This document shows, one piece after another, positions 1 to 10,415 of a stretch of DNA of 64,000 nt. The position numbers and the translations under genes are program-made. The notes below the pieces were generated by a model. The model was not told where the DNA came from, did not search any database, and saw only the letters and a program-made list of their open reading frames with translations. How positions within the stretch are numbered: position 1 is the first letter of the stretch; each line of letters begins with the position of its first letter. The stretch comes from Octopus sinensis (lineage: Eukaryota), in contig NC_043000.1 in the NCBI RefSeq assembly GCF_006345805.1, positions 57,536,001-57,600,000 of the forward strand, read 5' to 3'.

Positions 1-655
1 GGCAATGTTTCTACAGCTGGATGACCTTCCTAATGCCAACCACTCTGAGAGTGAAGTGGGTGCTTTTTATGTGCCACCAGCCAGGCAGCACTGGCATCGG
101 CCATGTTCAGATGGTGCTTTTTATGTGCTATCCACATAAGAGCCAGTTGAGGAGGGGGTGGGGGGCTGGCATCAACCATGTTCAGATGGTGCTTTTTACA
201 TGCCACCAGCACGGGAAGCCATTCAGGCGACACTGGCAATGACCAAAATATGAATGGTGCTTATTGTGTGTCAGGCGGCACTGGCATCAGCCACTACAAT
301 TTCCATTTGATTGTGATTTGATTTGACTTTGATCTTGATTTGATTTTACTTGACTCAATAGGTCTCCTCAAGCACAGCATGTCGCTCGACTATTAAAACA
401 TACTTTTTAAATGGGCTGGTTATGCAACACTGGTGTAGGCTATGGCTACAGTTGTGATCTCACTATACTTGCCGGGTCTTCTCAATCACAGTATATCTCC
501 AGAGGTCTCAGTCTTTCGTCATTGACTCTGTGACGCCCATCGTTCAAAGGTCAAGCTTCACCACCTCATCCCATGTCTTCTTGGGCCTCCTTCTTCCATG
601 GAATTCCTTCCACTGTCAGGGAGAGACACTTCTTCACACAGCTCTCCTCATCCAT
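1..655 (-). mobile_element. RTE-clade LINE 3' fragment (ORF C-terminus plus 3' UTR), running off the left window edge
   Basis: Reverse complement matches the RTE copies at 38-41 kb: ATGGATGAGGAGAGCTGTGTGAAGAAGTGTCTC (MDEESCVKKC), the GGTGGCACATAAAAAGCACC repeats and the AGGAAGG..CATCCAGCTGTAGAAAC block. Confidence 0.85.
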
Positions 656-668
656 AATATATATATAT

Positions 669-938
669 AAATTAGAAAAGAAACACCTTTTATCAATTCA
701 AAATGAACAATTAAATTTCTAGATGGTGTAATTAATTGTTCATTTTGAATTGATAAAAGGGGTTTTTCTAATTTTATATATATATATATATAATATATAT
801 ATAATATATAATTTTTGTGAAATTTGATTAGTATTTCTAAATTGAATTTTCCCTGTAAGTTAGGAATAATATTCCTCTCAAATTATTATTATTATTATTA
901 TTATATATATATACATACATATATATATATATATATGT

Positions 939-940
<2 letters not shown>
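669..940 (+). repeat. AT-rich interspersed repeat beginning with a ~43-bp-arm hairpin; second copy of the right part at 48781-48940
   Basis: 669-714 is the reverse complement of 732-773 with a small indel. 723-885 aligns by eye to 48782-48940. Confidence 0.75.
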
Positions 941-970
<30 letters not shown>

Positions 971-973
971 TGC

Positions 974-1007
<34 letters not shown>

Positions 1008-1187
1008 TTATATATATATATAATATATATAATATATATATGTATATTATAATATATATATATATATATATATAATGTATATGTATATAATATAATAGTA
1101 TATGTATATATATATATATATATGTAATATATATATATATGTATATGTATAATATTATATTATATATATTATATGTATATATATATT

Positions 1188-1218
<31 letters not shown>

Positions 1219-1359
1219 ATATATGATATGTATATATATATTATATAGTATATGTATATATATATATATAAATATAGTAATGTATATATATATGTATATG
1301 TATATGTATATATTATGTATATATAGGTATATATATATAATATGGATATGTATATATAT

Positions 1360-1391
<32 letters not shown>

Positions 1392-1429
1392 GTATATTAT
1401 ATATATATATATATGTAATATATATATAG

Positions 1430-1460
<31 letters not shown>

Positions 1461-1518
1461 ATAATGTATATATATATATATATATGTATATATAGATATA
1501 TGTAATAATATATATATG

Positions 1519-1553
<35 letters not shown>

Positions 1554-1560
1554 GTATATA

Positions 1561-1626
<66 letters not shown>

Positions 1627-1645
1627 GTTATAATATATATATATG

Positions 1646-1681
<36 letters not shown>

Positions 1682-1734
1682 TATATATATCTATATATAT
1701 ATATATAATATAATATAATATATAATATATAATA

Positions 1735-1810
<76 letters not shown>
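890..1810. repeat. ~0.9-kb imperfect (TA)n microsatellite field
   Basis: Almost pure A/T dinucleotide repeat with scattered G/C. The YI-rich ORFs here are artefacts of it. Confidence 0.97.
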
Positions 1811-1812
<2 letters not shown>

Positions 1813-2318
1813 CTCTTTTACTTTACTTTACTTGCTTGTTTCAGTCATTTGACAGCGGCCATGCTGGAGCACCGCTTTTAGTCGAGCAAATTGACCCCGG
1901 GACTTATTCTTTGTAAGCCCAGTACTTATTCTATCGGTCTCTCTTGCCGAACCGCTAAGTGACGGAGACGTAAACACACCAGCATCGGTTGTCAAGCAAT
2001 GCTAGGGGGACAAACACAGACACACAAACACACATATATATATACATATATACGACAGGCTTCTTTCAGTTTCCGTCTACCAAATCCACTCACTACATAT
2101 ATACACACACACATATATATATACATGTTAAATGCTCAAAGTGCAAGAGTGGAGAAGCGGCCAGCAGCTGATAAAGGGTCATTCTTTGTGCTGTTTGTCT
2201 TGTTTGTCAGCCCGGGGCTATAGCAGAAGACACTTGCCCAAGATGCCACGCAGTGGGACTGAACCCGGAACCATGTGGCTGGTTAGCAAGCTACTTACCA
2301 CACAGCCACTCCTGCGCC
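1811..2318 (-). mobile_element. tRNA-derived SINE (family A), near full length, with a 112-bp foreign insert at 2094-2205
   Basis: Minus-strand head GGCGCAGGAGTGGCTGTGTGGTAAG (A box) ... GGTTCAGTCCC (B box), body with GT repeats, tail of (GTAAAAGA)-type repeats. Confidence 0.9.
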
Positions 2319-2345
2319 TATATATATATATATATATATATATAT

Positions 2346-2660
2346 CTGGCACTGTGTGTCTGGTGGCACATAAAAACACCATCCGAGCGTGGCCGTATGC
2401 AGCCCGTCTGGCACCTGTGTCGGTGGCACATAAAAACACCATCGAGCGTGGCCGTTCGCCAGCCTCGTCTGGCACCTGTGTCGGTGGCACATAAAAATCA
2501 ACCACTACACTCCGGAGTGGTGGCGTTAGGAAGGGCATCCAGCTGTAGAAACACTGCCAGATCTGACTGGCCTGGTGCAGCTTCGGGCTCCCCAGACCCA
2601 GTTAAACGTCCACCCATAGCATGGAAAAACGGACGCTAATGAATGATGATGTTGATGATA
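2346..2660 (+). mobile_element. RTE 3'-UTR-only element with three internal ~55-bp repeats and a (GAT)n tail
   Basis: GGTGGCACATAAAAA x3, AGGAAGGGCATCCAGCTGTAGAAAC, terminal GATGAT; same family as the 3' UTR at 39850-40280. Confidence 0.85.
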
Positions 2661-2974
2661 TATATATATATATATATATGTATGTATATATATATATATA
2701 TATATATATAATGTAGTATTATATATACATATATATATCCCAAGGTAACAAATCTTATATGTATACATTATGCCCTAAATAATGGAAACTGAAGATACAA
2801 TATCCCTGCATATCTTACGTATATTTTCATTCCTCCACTTCCCTCTCTATTTCATATCTTATCTAGAATAACTATTGCTTAACCATTTTTTCACACTGTC
2901 TCTGATGAAGGGATATATAAAATGTATATATATATATATATATATATATCTATACAATATGTTACATTACTCGG

Positions 2975-3048
2975 TAGTCAAGATAAAACTCTGAGTTTCA
3001 GATGCCGAAGTGGAAATCCACAACACCATCTCTTCGGTTATCTGGCTA
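2975..3048 (-). ncRNA. Hammerhead-ribozyme-like motif (type I, variant core) in the inverted pseudo-LTR
   Basis: Reverse-complement copy of the 4364-4437 motif, with one substitution inside stem II. Confidence 0.6.
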
Positions 3049-4363
3049 TTTGAAAACGTTATGAAAAAATACCGTTAAAAATGAAGGGAAATTACTCTGT
3101 TATAACTCTGCTTTGCCTGTACTGTATATACATCGCTCGCATTTTTCGTTATAAAAATACATAAAAATATATAAAAATATATAAAAATATATAAAATCTT
3201 CTTGGGACATTACACAGAAAGCATGTTCTATCCGTTTTCTTTAGGGGACCAAAAACGTAACAGAAATTTAGTCACATGTGGGCATGATCCGAAAGCCCAA
3301 TGATAGACTAAGTTATATTAATGTAGGTTCATGCCATCCCCCTATAGTATTCAAAAATTTAGTTAAAAATATTAGTAAGAGGATTTCTAGCCTCTCATCT
3401 AATGAGGACATCTTCAATAGCGTTGCCCCAGTTTATAATAAAGCTTAAAAGATAGTGGTTTTAGCGAAAAAAAAAATATACACCTATCACCAGCCCAACA
3501 ATAAGGAAAAGGAATAATAGAAATAGGAAGGTCATCTGGTTACGCCCCCTTACTCACCCGAGGTGGCCTTCAATATAGGTAAATATTCCTAGCACTGATA
3601 GATAGACATTTTCCAGTTAACCATGCTTATAGGAAACTCTTCAATAGACACAATTTAAAAATTAGTTTTAGTTCAACTACCAATTTTAAAAACATAATCA
3701 ATCATAACATACAAAAAACACAAGAAGGAAACAGCTGTTCATGCAGGAATAAAGAATTGTGCCCGCTAAATGGAGCTTGCATGTCCAAGACCATCATATA
3801 TGAAGCTACCGTAAACTCTATAACCACTAAAGACACCGTTTCGATGAAGAAAATACGTGGCCTGACAGAGGGTAATTTCAAGGCCAGGTTCAATAACCAC
3901 ACTTTGAGCTTTGGGCACTGGAACAAAAGAAAAGCGACACAATTATCCAACATATTTGGTCTTTAAGAGATAAAGGGTCGATTATAACATACAATGGAAG
4001 ATTTTGGCCAGATGTAAGCCCTATACCAACGGCAGCAGGAAGGTGCGGTTTATGCGACATGGAGAGATGGCTTATCTGGAAAAGCAGCTTAGACCCTACA
4101 CATGTCTAAATACAAGGACAGAGCTTTCGGATCATGCCCACATGTGACTAAATTTCTGTTACGTTTTTGGTCCCCTAAAGAAAACGGATAGAACATGCTT
4201 CTGTGTAATGTCCCAAGAAGATTTTATATATTTTTATGTATTTTTATATAATTTTTTTTATGACGAAAAATGCGAGCGATGTATAAGTACACAGGCAAGC
4301 AGCAGAGTTATAACAGAGTAATTCCCTTCATTTTTAACGGTATTTTTTCATAACGTTTTCAAA

Positions 4364-4437
4364 TAGCCAGATAACCGAAGAGATGGTGTTGTGGATTTCC
4401 ACTTTGGCATCTGAAACTCAGAGTTTTATCTTGACTA
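4364..4437 (+). ncRNA. Hammerhead-ribozyme-like motif (type I, variant core CCGAAGA)
   Basis: Stem I AGATAA(4369-74)/TTATCT(4426-31); core CCGAAGA(4375-81); stem II GATG/CATC with inner GTGGA/TCCAC hairpin; GAAA(4413-16); near-palindromic stem III ACTC-A-GAGT; GUU triplet. It sits just 3' of the PLE ORF, where PLE hammerheads are known to occur. Confidence 0.62.
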
Positions 4438-4644
4438 CCGAGTAATGTAACATATTGTATAGATAAATTTCCTCTATTTACATAATATTGAGGTCTCTTT
4501 CTTTCTTTTGTTATCTTACCGTTTTATCAATATATATATATATATATATATATATACCTATATATATACATATACCATTTTTTCACACTGTCTCTGATGA
4601 AGGGATATATAAAATGTATATATATATATATATACACACACAAC

Positions 4645-4675
<31 letters not shown>

Positions 4676-5094
4676 CCTATATATATACGTATACCTATAT
4701 ATATATATATATCTACACACATATATATACACACATAAATATATATATATATACACATATATATATGTACACATATATACATGTACACATATATACACAC
4801 ACACATATATATATACATATATACACACACACATATATATATACATGTTAAATGCTCAAAGTGCAAGAGTGGAGAAGCGGCCAGCAGCTGATAAAGGGTC
4901 ATTCTTAGTGCTGTTTGTCTTGTTTTCCATTTGTGTCTTTTGTTGTTTGAGAGAATAGCTTGTGTTCCATGTGCTCATGTTTCATATCTTTTTGTTGTAT
5001 GTGTTTCATGACGTCCTGTGCCCCATATGCTTTTATATATATGTATAGAAGTATGTACATATACGTATGTATATATAAATGCATATATATTATG

Positions 5095-5455
5095 TATATA
5101 TGGATATATATACACACATATATATATATATTATTTATGGATATAAACATATATATACACACATATATATATTATGTTTGGATATAAACATATATATACA
5201 CACATATATATTATGTTTGGATATAAACATATATATACACACATATATATATTATGTTTGGATATAAACATATATATACACACATATATATATATATTAT
5301 GTTTGGATATAAACATATATATACACACATATATATATATTATGTTTGGATGTAAACATATATATACACACATATATATACATTAGTTTGGATATAAACA
5401 TATATTACACACATATATATACATTATGTTTGGATATAAACATATATACATACAC
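5095..5455. repeat. ~38-42-bp minisatellite, about 8 copies (TATGTTTGGATATAAACATATATATACACAC...)
   Basis: Directly visible tandem units whose length varies by TA dinucleotides. Confidence 0.9.
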
Positions 5456-5556
5456 ACACAGATATATATATATTATATAATATATTTATATATATATATT
5501 ATTTTATATAATATATATATTATGTGGATATAAACATATATATATTATTTATGTAT

Positions 5557-5590
<34 letters not shown>

Positions 5591-5656
5591 TATTTATGTA
5601 TACACACACACCACACACTATATATATATTATGTATACACACACACACCACACACA

Positions 5657-5694
<38 letters not shown>

Positions 5695-5702
5695 TATATA
5701 TA

Positions 5703-6948
5703 CTGCAAACAGACAGAAGGGAAAGGAGCTGTGGTGGAGTTGCTGCATATATCTGTGATGACCTTACACCCCAGTTCTTACTGTCATACTCAAATTCAGT
5801 ATTTGACACTCTAATTGTATACATAAGACAACACAGTATAGTCAAATGCAATACATATTGCCCACTGGATGTTCCAAACCACATAGGCAACTTTGAAGAT
5901 TGCCTCACAAGAATTAAAGAAATCCTCATGTAACTGGAACACCACGTGAGCGTATTTCTTATGAGTGATTTCAGTAACATCAGAACCTTCGCTGATGATT
6001 CCAAGCTACAGGTCATCAATGGCGTGGATGACCGAATAAGTCTTCAGTCAGACCTACTGGCTGTTGTCCGATGGGCGGAAAGGAACAACATGTTGCTAAA
6101 CGAAGACAAATTCGAACTGATCCACTTTGGAAGGGAGGATGCTCTGAGACTCCCATACTCCCTTCCTACTGGAGAAATTCTCATGGCGTCTAACAACATC
6201 AGAGACTTGGGAGTAACAGTGGACAACAACATAAGCTGGGCTACACATATAAGCAGCAAAGTTGACATGGCCCGCAGAATGTGTTCCTGGATTCTCAGAA
6301 CCCTCAAGTCGAGAGATTCCCACACCATTATCCTTCTCTTCTCCACTTTTGCCCGACCCCACCTTGAATACTGCTGTCCACTGTGGTCTCCCTACACAAA
6401 ACAAAATATTATGAGAATTGAAGCTCCCCAAAGGTCAATCACAAAAAAGATAGATGGCATGTCAGACCTCGACTACTGGGGTAGATTAGAGAAGCTGAAA
6501 CTGTATTCACTCCAACGACGCCGTGAATGCTACATTATCTGTATGATGTGGAAAATATTCCATAAGCACTGTCCGAATGATGTTAGCATCATCTTCAAAA
6601 TACATCCAAGGCTTGGACCACGTGCCATCCGTCCACAACAAAAATCTAAATCGCATCACATAACGACAATACGGCACAATTATTTCACCTCAATTAGACC
6701 CGCACTCTTCAACATTACACCAGGACATGTCAAAACAGAAACTGACCACACAAAATTCAAGAAGTCTTTGGACAAATTCCTTCAAACAGACCCGGACAAA
6801 CCACCCACACCCGGATATGTCACCGCAAACAATAACTCTCTGCTCGAATGGGCCTTGGTGCCCAAATCCTGAATTGAAAGACTTCGCCAGGTGGTGCTGT
6901 TAAGTCAGACATGGCCTGGGCCAATACTGGCCAAAACCTTTCTAAGTT
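5703..6948 (+). mobile_element. CR1/L2-group LINE remnant: APE endonuclease fragment joined to the RT C-terminus (ORF 5946-6872)
   Basis: R..GGVAAY and LMSDF (GDFN-like) endonuclease motifs, then FADDSK, LQSDL, DLGVTVD, RPHLEYCCPLWSP, LKLYSLQRRRE typical of CR1-group RT/thumb. Confidence 0.85.
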
Positions 6949-7009
6949 ATACATATATATATATATACATGCATATATATATACATACATATATATATAT
7001 ACATATATA

Positions 7010-7116
7010 ATATTAATTAGAGACAAAACCACTATTTTGCAAATCAAACAAAGAAAGACTTAATCCAATACATAAAAAAATTTTAATATAAAGTAAATAA
7101 AATAAAATAAAATAAA

Positions 7117-7159
<43 letters not shown>

Positions 7160-7303
7160 GGAGTAAACACATAAATGTGAAACAAGGTGGAAAAAAGAGT
7201 ACTCAAATACCAGTGGTAGAGTAATATGCTTTATTTTAAGCAGCAGAAAATTCAACAAAATCTGTTACAGATTTTGTTGAATTTTCTGCTGCTTAAAATA
7301 AAG
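7010..7303. repeat. Interspersed repeat ending in a perfect 37-bp-arm palindrome (7229-7303)
   Basis: 7229-7265 is the exact reverse complement of 7267-7303, with a 1-nt spacer. Confidence 0.8.
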
Positions 7304-7388
7304 TATATATATATATATATATATACATATATATATACATATATATACATACATATATATACATATATATATACATACATATATATAC

Positions 7389-7424
<36 letters not shown>

Positions 7425-7472
7425 TATATATTATATACATACATATATATATATATACATACATATATATAC

Positions 7473-7511
<39 letters not shown>

Positions 7512-7523
7512 ATATATACATAC

Positions 7524-7574
<51 letters not shown>

Positions 7575-8170
7575 CATATATACATATATATATACATATA
7601 TCATCATCATTTAGCGTCCGTTTTCCATGCTAGCATGGGTTGGACGGTTCAACTGGGGTCTGTGAAGCTGGAAGGCTTCATCAGGCCCAGTCGGATCTGG
7701 CAGTGTTTCTACGGCTGGATGCCATTCCTAACGCCATATACATATATATGTATATACATATATATATATACATATATATATACATACATATATATATATA
7801 CATATATTTATACATATATACATATATATATACATACATATATATATACATACACACATACATATATATATACATACATGTATACATACATATATACTCA
7901 TACATACATATATACACATACATATATATATACATTTATATACATATACATACATACACACACACACATATATATATATATACATTTATATACATACATA
8001 TACATACATACACACACACATACACACACACACATATATATATATACATTTATATACATACATATACATACATACACACACACATACACACACACACATA
8101 TATATATATATACATTTATATACATACATATACATACATACACACACACACATATATATATATATATATG
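7304..8170. repeat. (TA)n/(TACA)n microsatellite fields interrupted by an RTE tail (7600-7735, minus strand)
   Basis: Visible low-complexity repeats. 7600-7735 is CATCATCAT..GCGTCCGTTTTCCATGCTAGCATGGGTTGGACGG, the reverse complement of the RTE 3' end. Confidence 0.9.
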
Positions 8171-8334
8171 AAAGAGGATTTGAAAATGCAATTTTAAAGA
8201 TTGTCAAAAGTAACACGTAAAAGCTTTGTTAAGCTTTTACATGTTACTTTTGACAATCTGCTTCTAAAAAAGTGAAACTGATCAAGTGAATAAACATCTT
8301 TGAAATTTGCATTTTCAAACCTTCTTTCATATAT
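8164..8334. repeat. Fold-back element with nested inverted repeats
   Basis: Inner 29-bp arms 8198-8226/8231-8259 (1 mismatch); outer arms 8164-8200/8297-8334. Confidence 0.8.
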
Positions 8335-8780
8335 AATTCCACTCGTGCGGTACCTTACAACTTCACTTTGTTACATATACACACACACACACATATGCAT
8401 AGATATATATACATATACACAGCTAAAACAGATGTGTCAAAACGTCCCATACCCCTTCATTGAATTTACCAAAGGAAAAGGCTGTTGACTTGTGCTGATA
8501 CAGCATGGCAACCAGTATTCTCACAGGTGTTGCTGTTGTCAGACTGCAAAGAGCCTGAACAAATATCACAAGACATCTTGCTAGACTCTCTAACAGTTCT
8601 GACAATCCAGTGCCTTGAACTGTTACTTCTTTGAATCAACCCAAAAGGATGAAAGGCAAAACTGATTTCAGTGTGATCTGAACTCAGAACATAGAGAGTC
8701 AGAATATATATTATGAGATATGGGATACTCTATCCAATACTTTAAACAAATGCCAATCTGCCATCTTTAGGTGTCTTTAA

Positions 8781-8995
8781 CCATTTAGCATTAAAATTAC
8801 TCAGTCAAATGTGATGCTTATTTATTCACATTGTTTTCAATTAATCATGTAGCTTCAAGACCTTAATGATCCGATTGTTTATGTACTTTTTAAAATGACA
8901 TTGTAGAGTAGATATGAGAAGCTGGATGTGGCTAGTTTGAACATAAACCAGATGGAATATTTGGGCCAGATTTGTCTGGTTTAAATGCAAAAGGG
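8781..8995. mobile_element. TTAA-flanked piggyBac-type MITE; related copies at ~27330-27533, ~35583-35800 and ~58139-58331
   Basis: TTAA-CC(A/C)TTTAGCATT ... AATGC(T/A)AAAGGG-TTA(A) termini, with a shared internal sequence in four places. Confidence 0.7.
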
Positions 8996-9563
8996 TTAGG
9001 AGAGTGCTTTCTGCTGTGAGCATTTTGATCACATTTCCAGCCTTATTATGATAACCCAGCAATGGTTTCTTCCACTTTACTGTTTAACCCCTTCGATTAA
9101 ACCCATACCCCGCAAAAGAAAAATAAACAATAGCAATAAACCACAATCACATGAGTCTTAGCAATAAAACAAGATAATAAATATTCATCCAAGAACATGT
9201 GGCTTGGTTATTTCAGTATCAAATTTAGATGTTCCCCACCAACGTTATAAAAACTGTCACTTCTATATATATACAGTGTATACTTCCATCATTATTCATT
9301 GTAATCTTAGCATAGTCATTTATACTATAGCATTATATTCGACTTATAAAGTCTTGCTCTACAGGTTAGAAACATCTCAGGTTTTACCTCTGTATATTAA
9401 TATAATAAGAACAACAAAATTCGAATTACACTTTATCGTTTGACCTCAAATCAGCCCTGATCGAGATCTATGATAAAAGGCATTTCAATTCGACTATCTT
9501 TCGATATACAGCATTCAATGCATAACCTCTTCCATCTTTTTTTTTAAGGCACGGTTGGGTGTA

Positions 9564-9824
9564 CAGAAATCACTCGCCATAGCGCGGTTCACCTATTGCG
9601 CCCTCAGTACATCGCGGGTTTCTGTGGCCAATAGGTATTTATATTTTTGTTTAGATTTTAATTATTTGTGGCAAAATAAAGCATTTTCACGCCTAAAAAT
9701 TAATAAAATAAATTCAAATTATAAAAATAATAAAAAAAGACATACAGTACAGTACTGTTTCTACTTCGCGGATTTTCACCTATTGTTTTCGAACCTAACA
9801 CCCGCGATAGTCGAGGAATTACTG
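9564..9824. mobile_element. pogo/Tigger-like (Tc1/mariner superfamily) MITE
   Basis: Imperfect TIRs CAG(A/T)AAT..CTCG.C.AT.GCG.GG with TA on the left flank; the right flank reads CA. Confidence 0.6.
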
Positions 9825-10415
9825 CATTTTAAAGATTTGGCTGATATTTCTAGCAGGTCGGGGTGACCATATGAGTATATTTACACACACACACACAACA
9901 CTTACCAGGTGTGTGTGTGTGTGAGTGAGTGAGTGTGCGTGCTTGCGCGCTAGCGCCCGCGTGTCTAAACAAAACACGACAGGTTTTGCAGTAAAAAGAA
10001 ATCGAAGAAACTAAGTGACGTGGATTGTAAGAAAACGCTCCTTTTCCAGTACGTTTACTTATTTCCCTCCTACGTTTCTCTTTCAAACACTCGCACGCGA
10101 CTATAAAATAAATGTAACACGATACAATGAAAATAAATTGAAAGCTTATGTTTTTTTTTTTGTTTGTTTTTCAAGAGGTCGACTACTTTCTCTTCGTAAA
10201 CAGATGGTTATTACCACAGCAAAGTCATCCAATATCTAATATGCATGCCACCACCATCACTGAATGGTCGTCAAGTACAAAACGGCAATCTTACGAAACA
10301 TACACAGAAAAAAATTTTAAACGTAATTACGCAAAAGTACACTGAAGAAATGTGCGATGGTTCGATTTACAGCGAGGCGCATTTATCTTCTTCTTTTTTT
10401 TTTATATATATATAT

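Larger units (their letters stand above)
2947..4530 (+). mobile_element. 5'-truncated Penelope-like retroelement (RT thumb, linker, GIY-YIG endonuclease) with an inverted 5' pseudo-LTR
   Basis: Frameshifted translation of 3291-4190 gives RKPNDRLSYINVGSCHPP, RKVIW..PPYS, CSCRNKELCPLNG, GLTEGNFKARFNNH, WKILARCKPY..CGLC, LNTRTELFGSCPH, motifs typical of C-terminal-endonuclease PLEs. 2947-3296 is the reverse complement of 4123-4465. Confidence 0.88.

Noticed and set aside
2346-2500. Repeat-spacer-like pattern resembling a CRISPR array (also in other RTE tails and the SINE stack)
   Set aside because: The units are internal tandem repeats of an RTE 3' UTR with similar spacers. The context is eukaryotic and there are no cas genes.
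824-8216. Dozens of Y/I/H/T-rich ORFs in the ORF track
   Set aside because: They are translations of TA/CA microsatellites, which lack stop codons in some frames. No coding signal.
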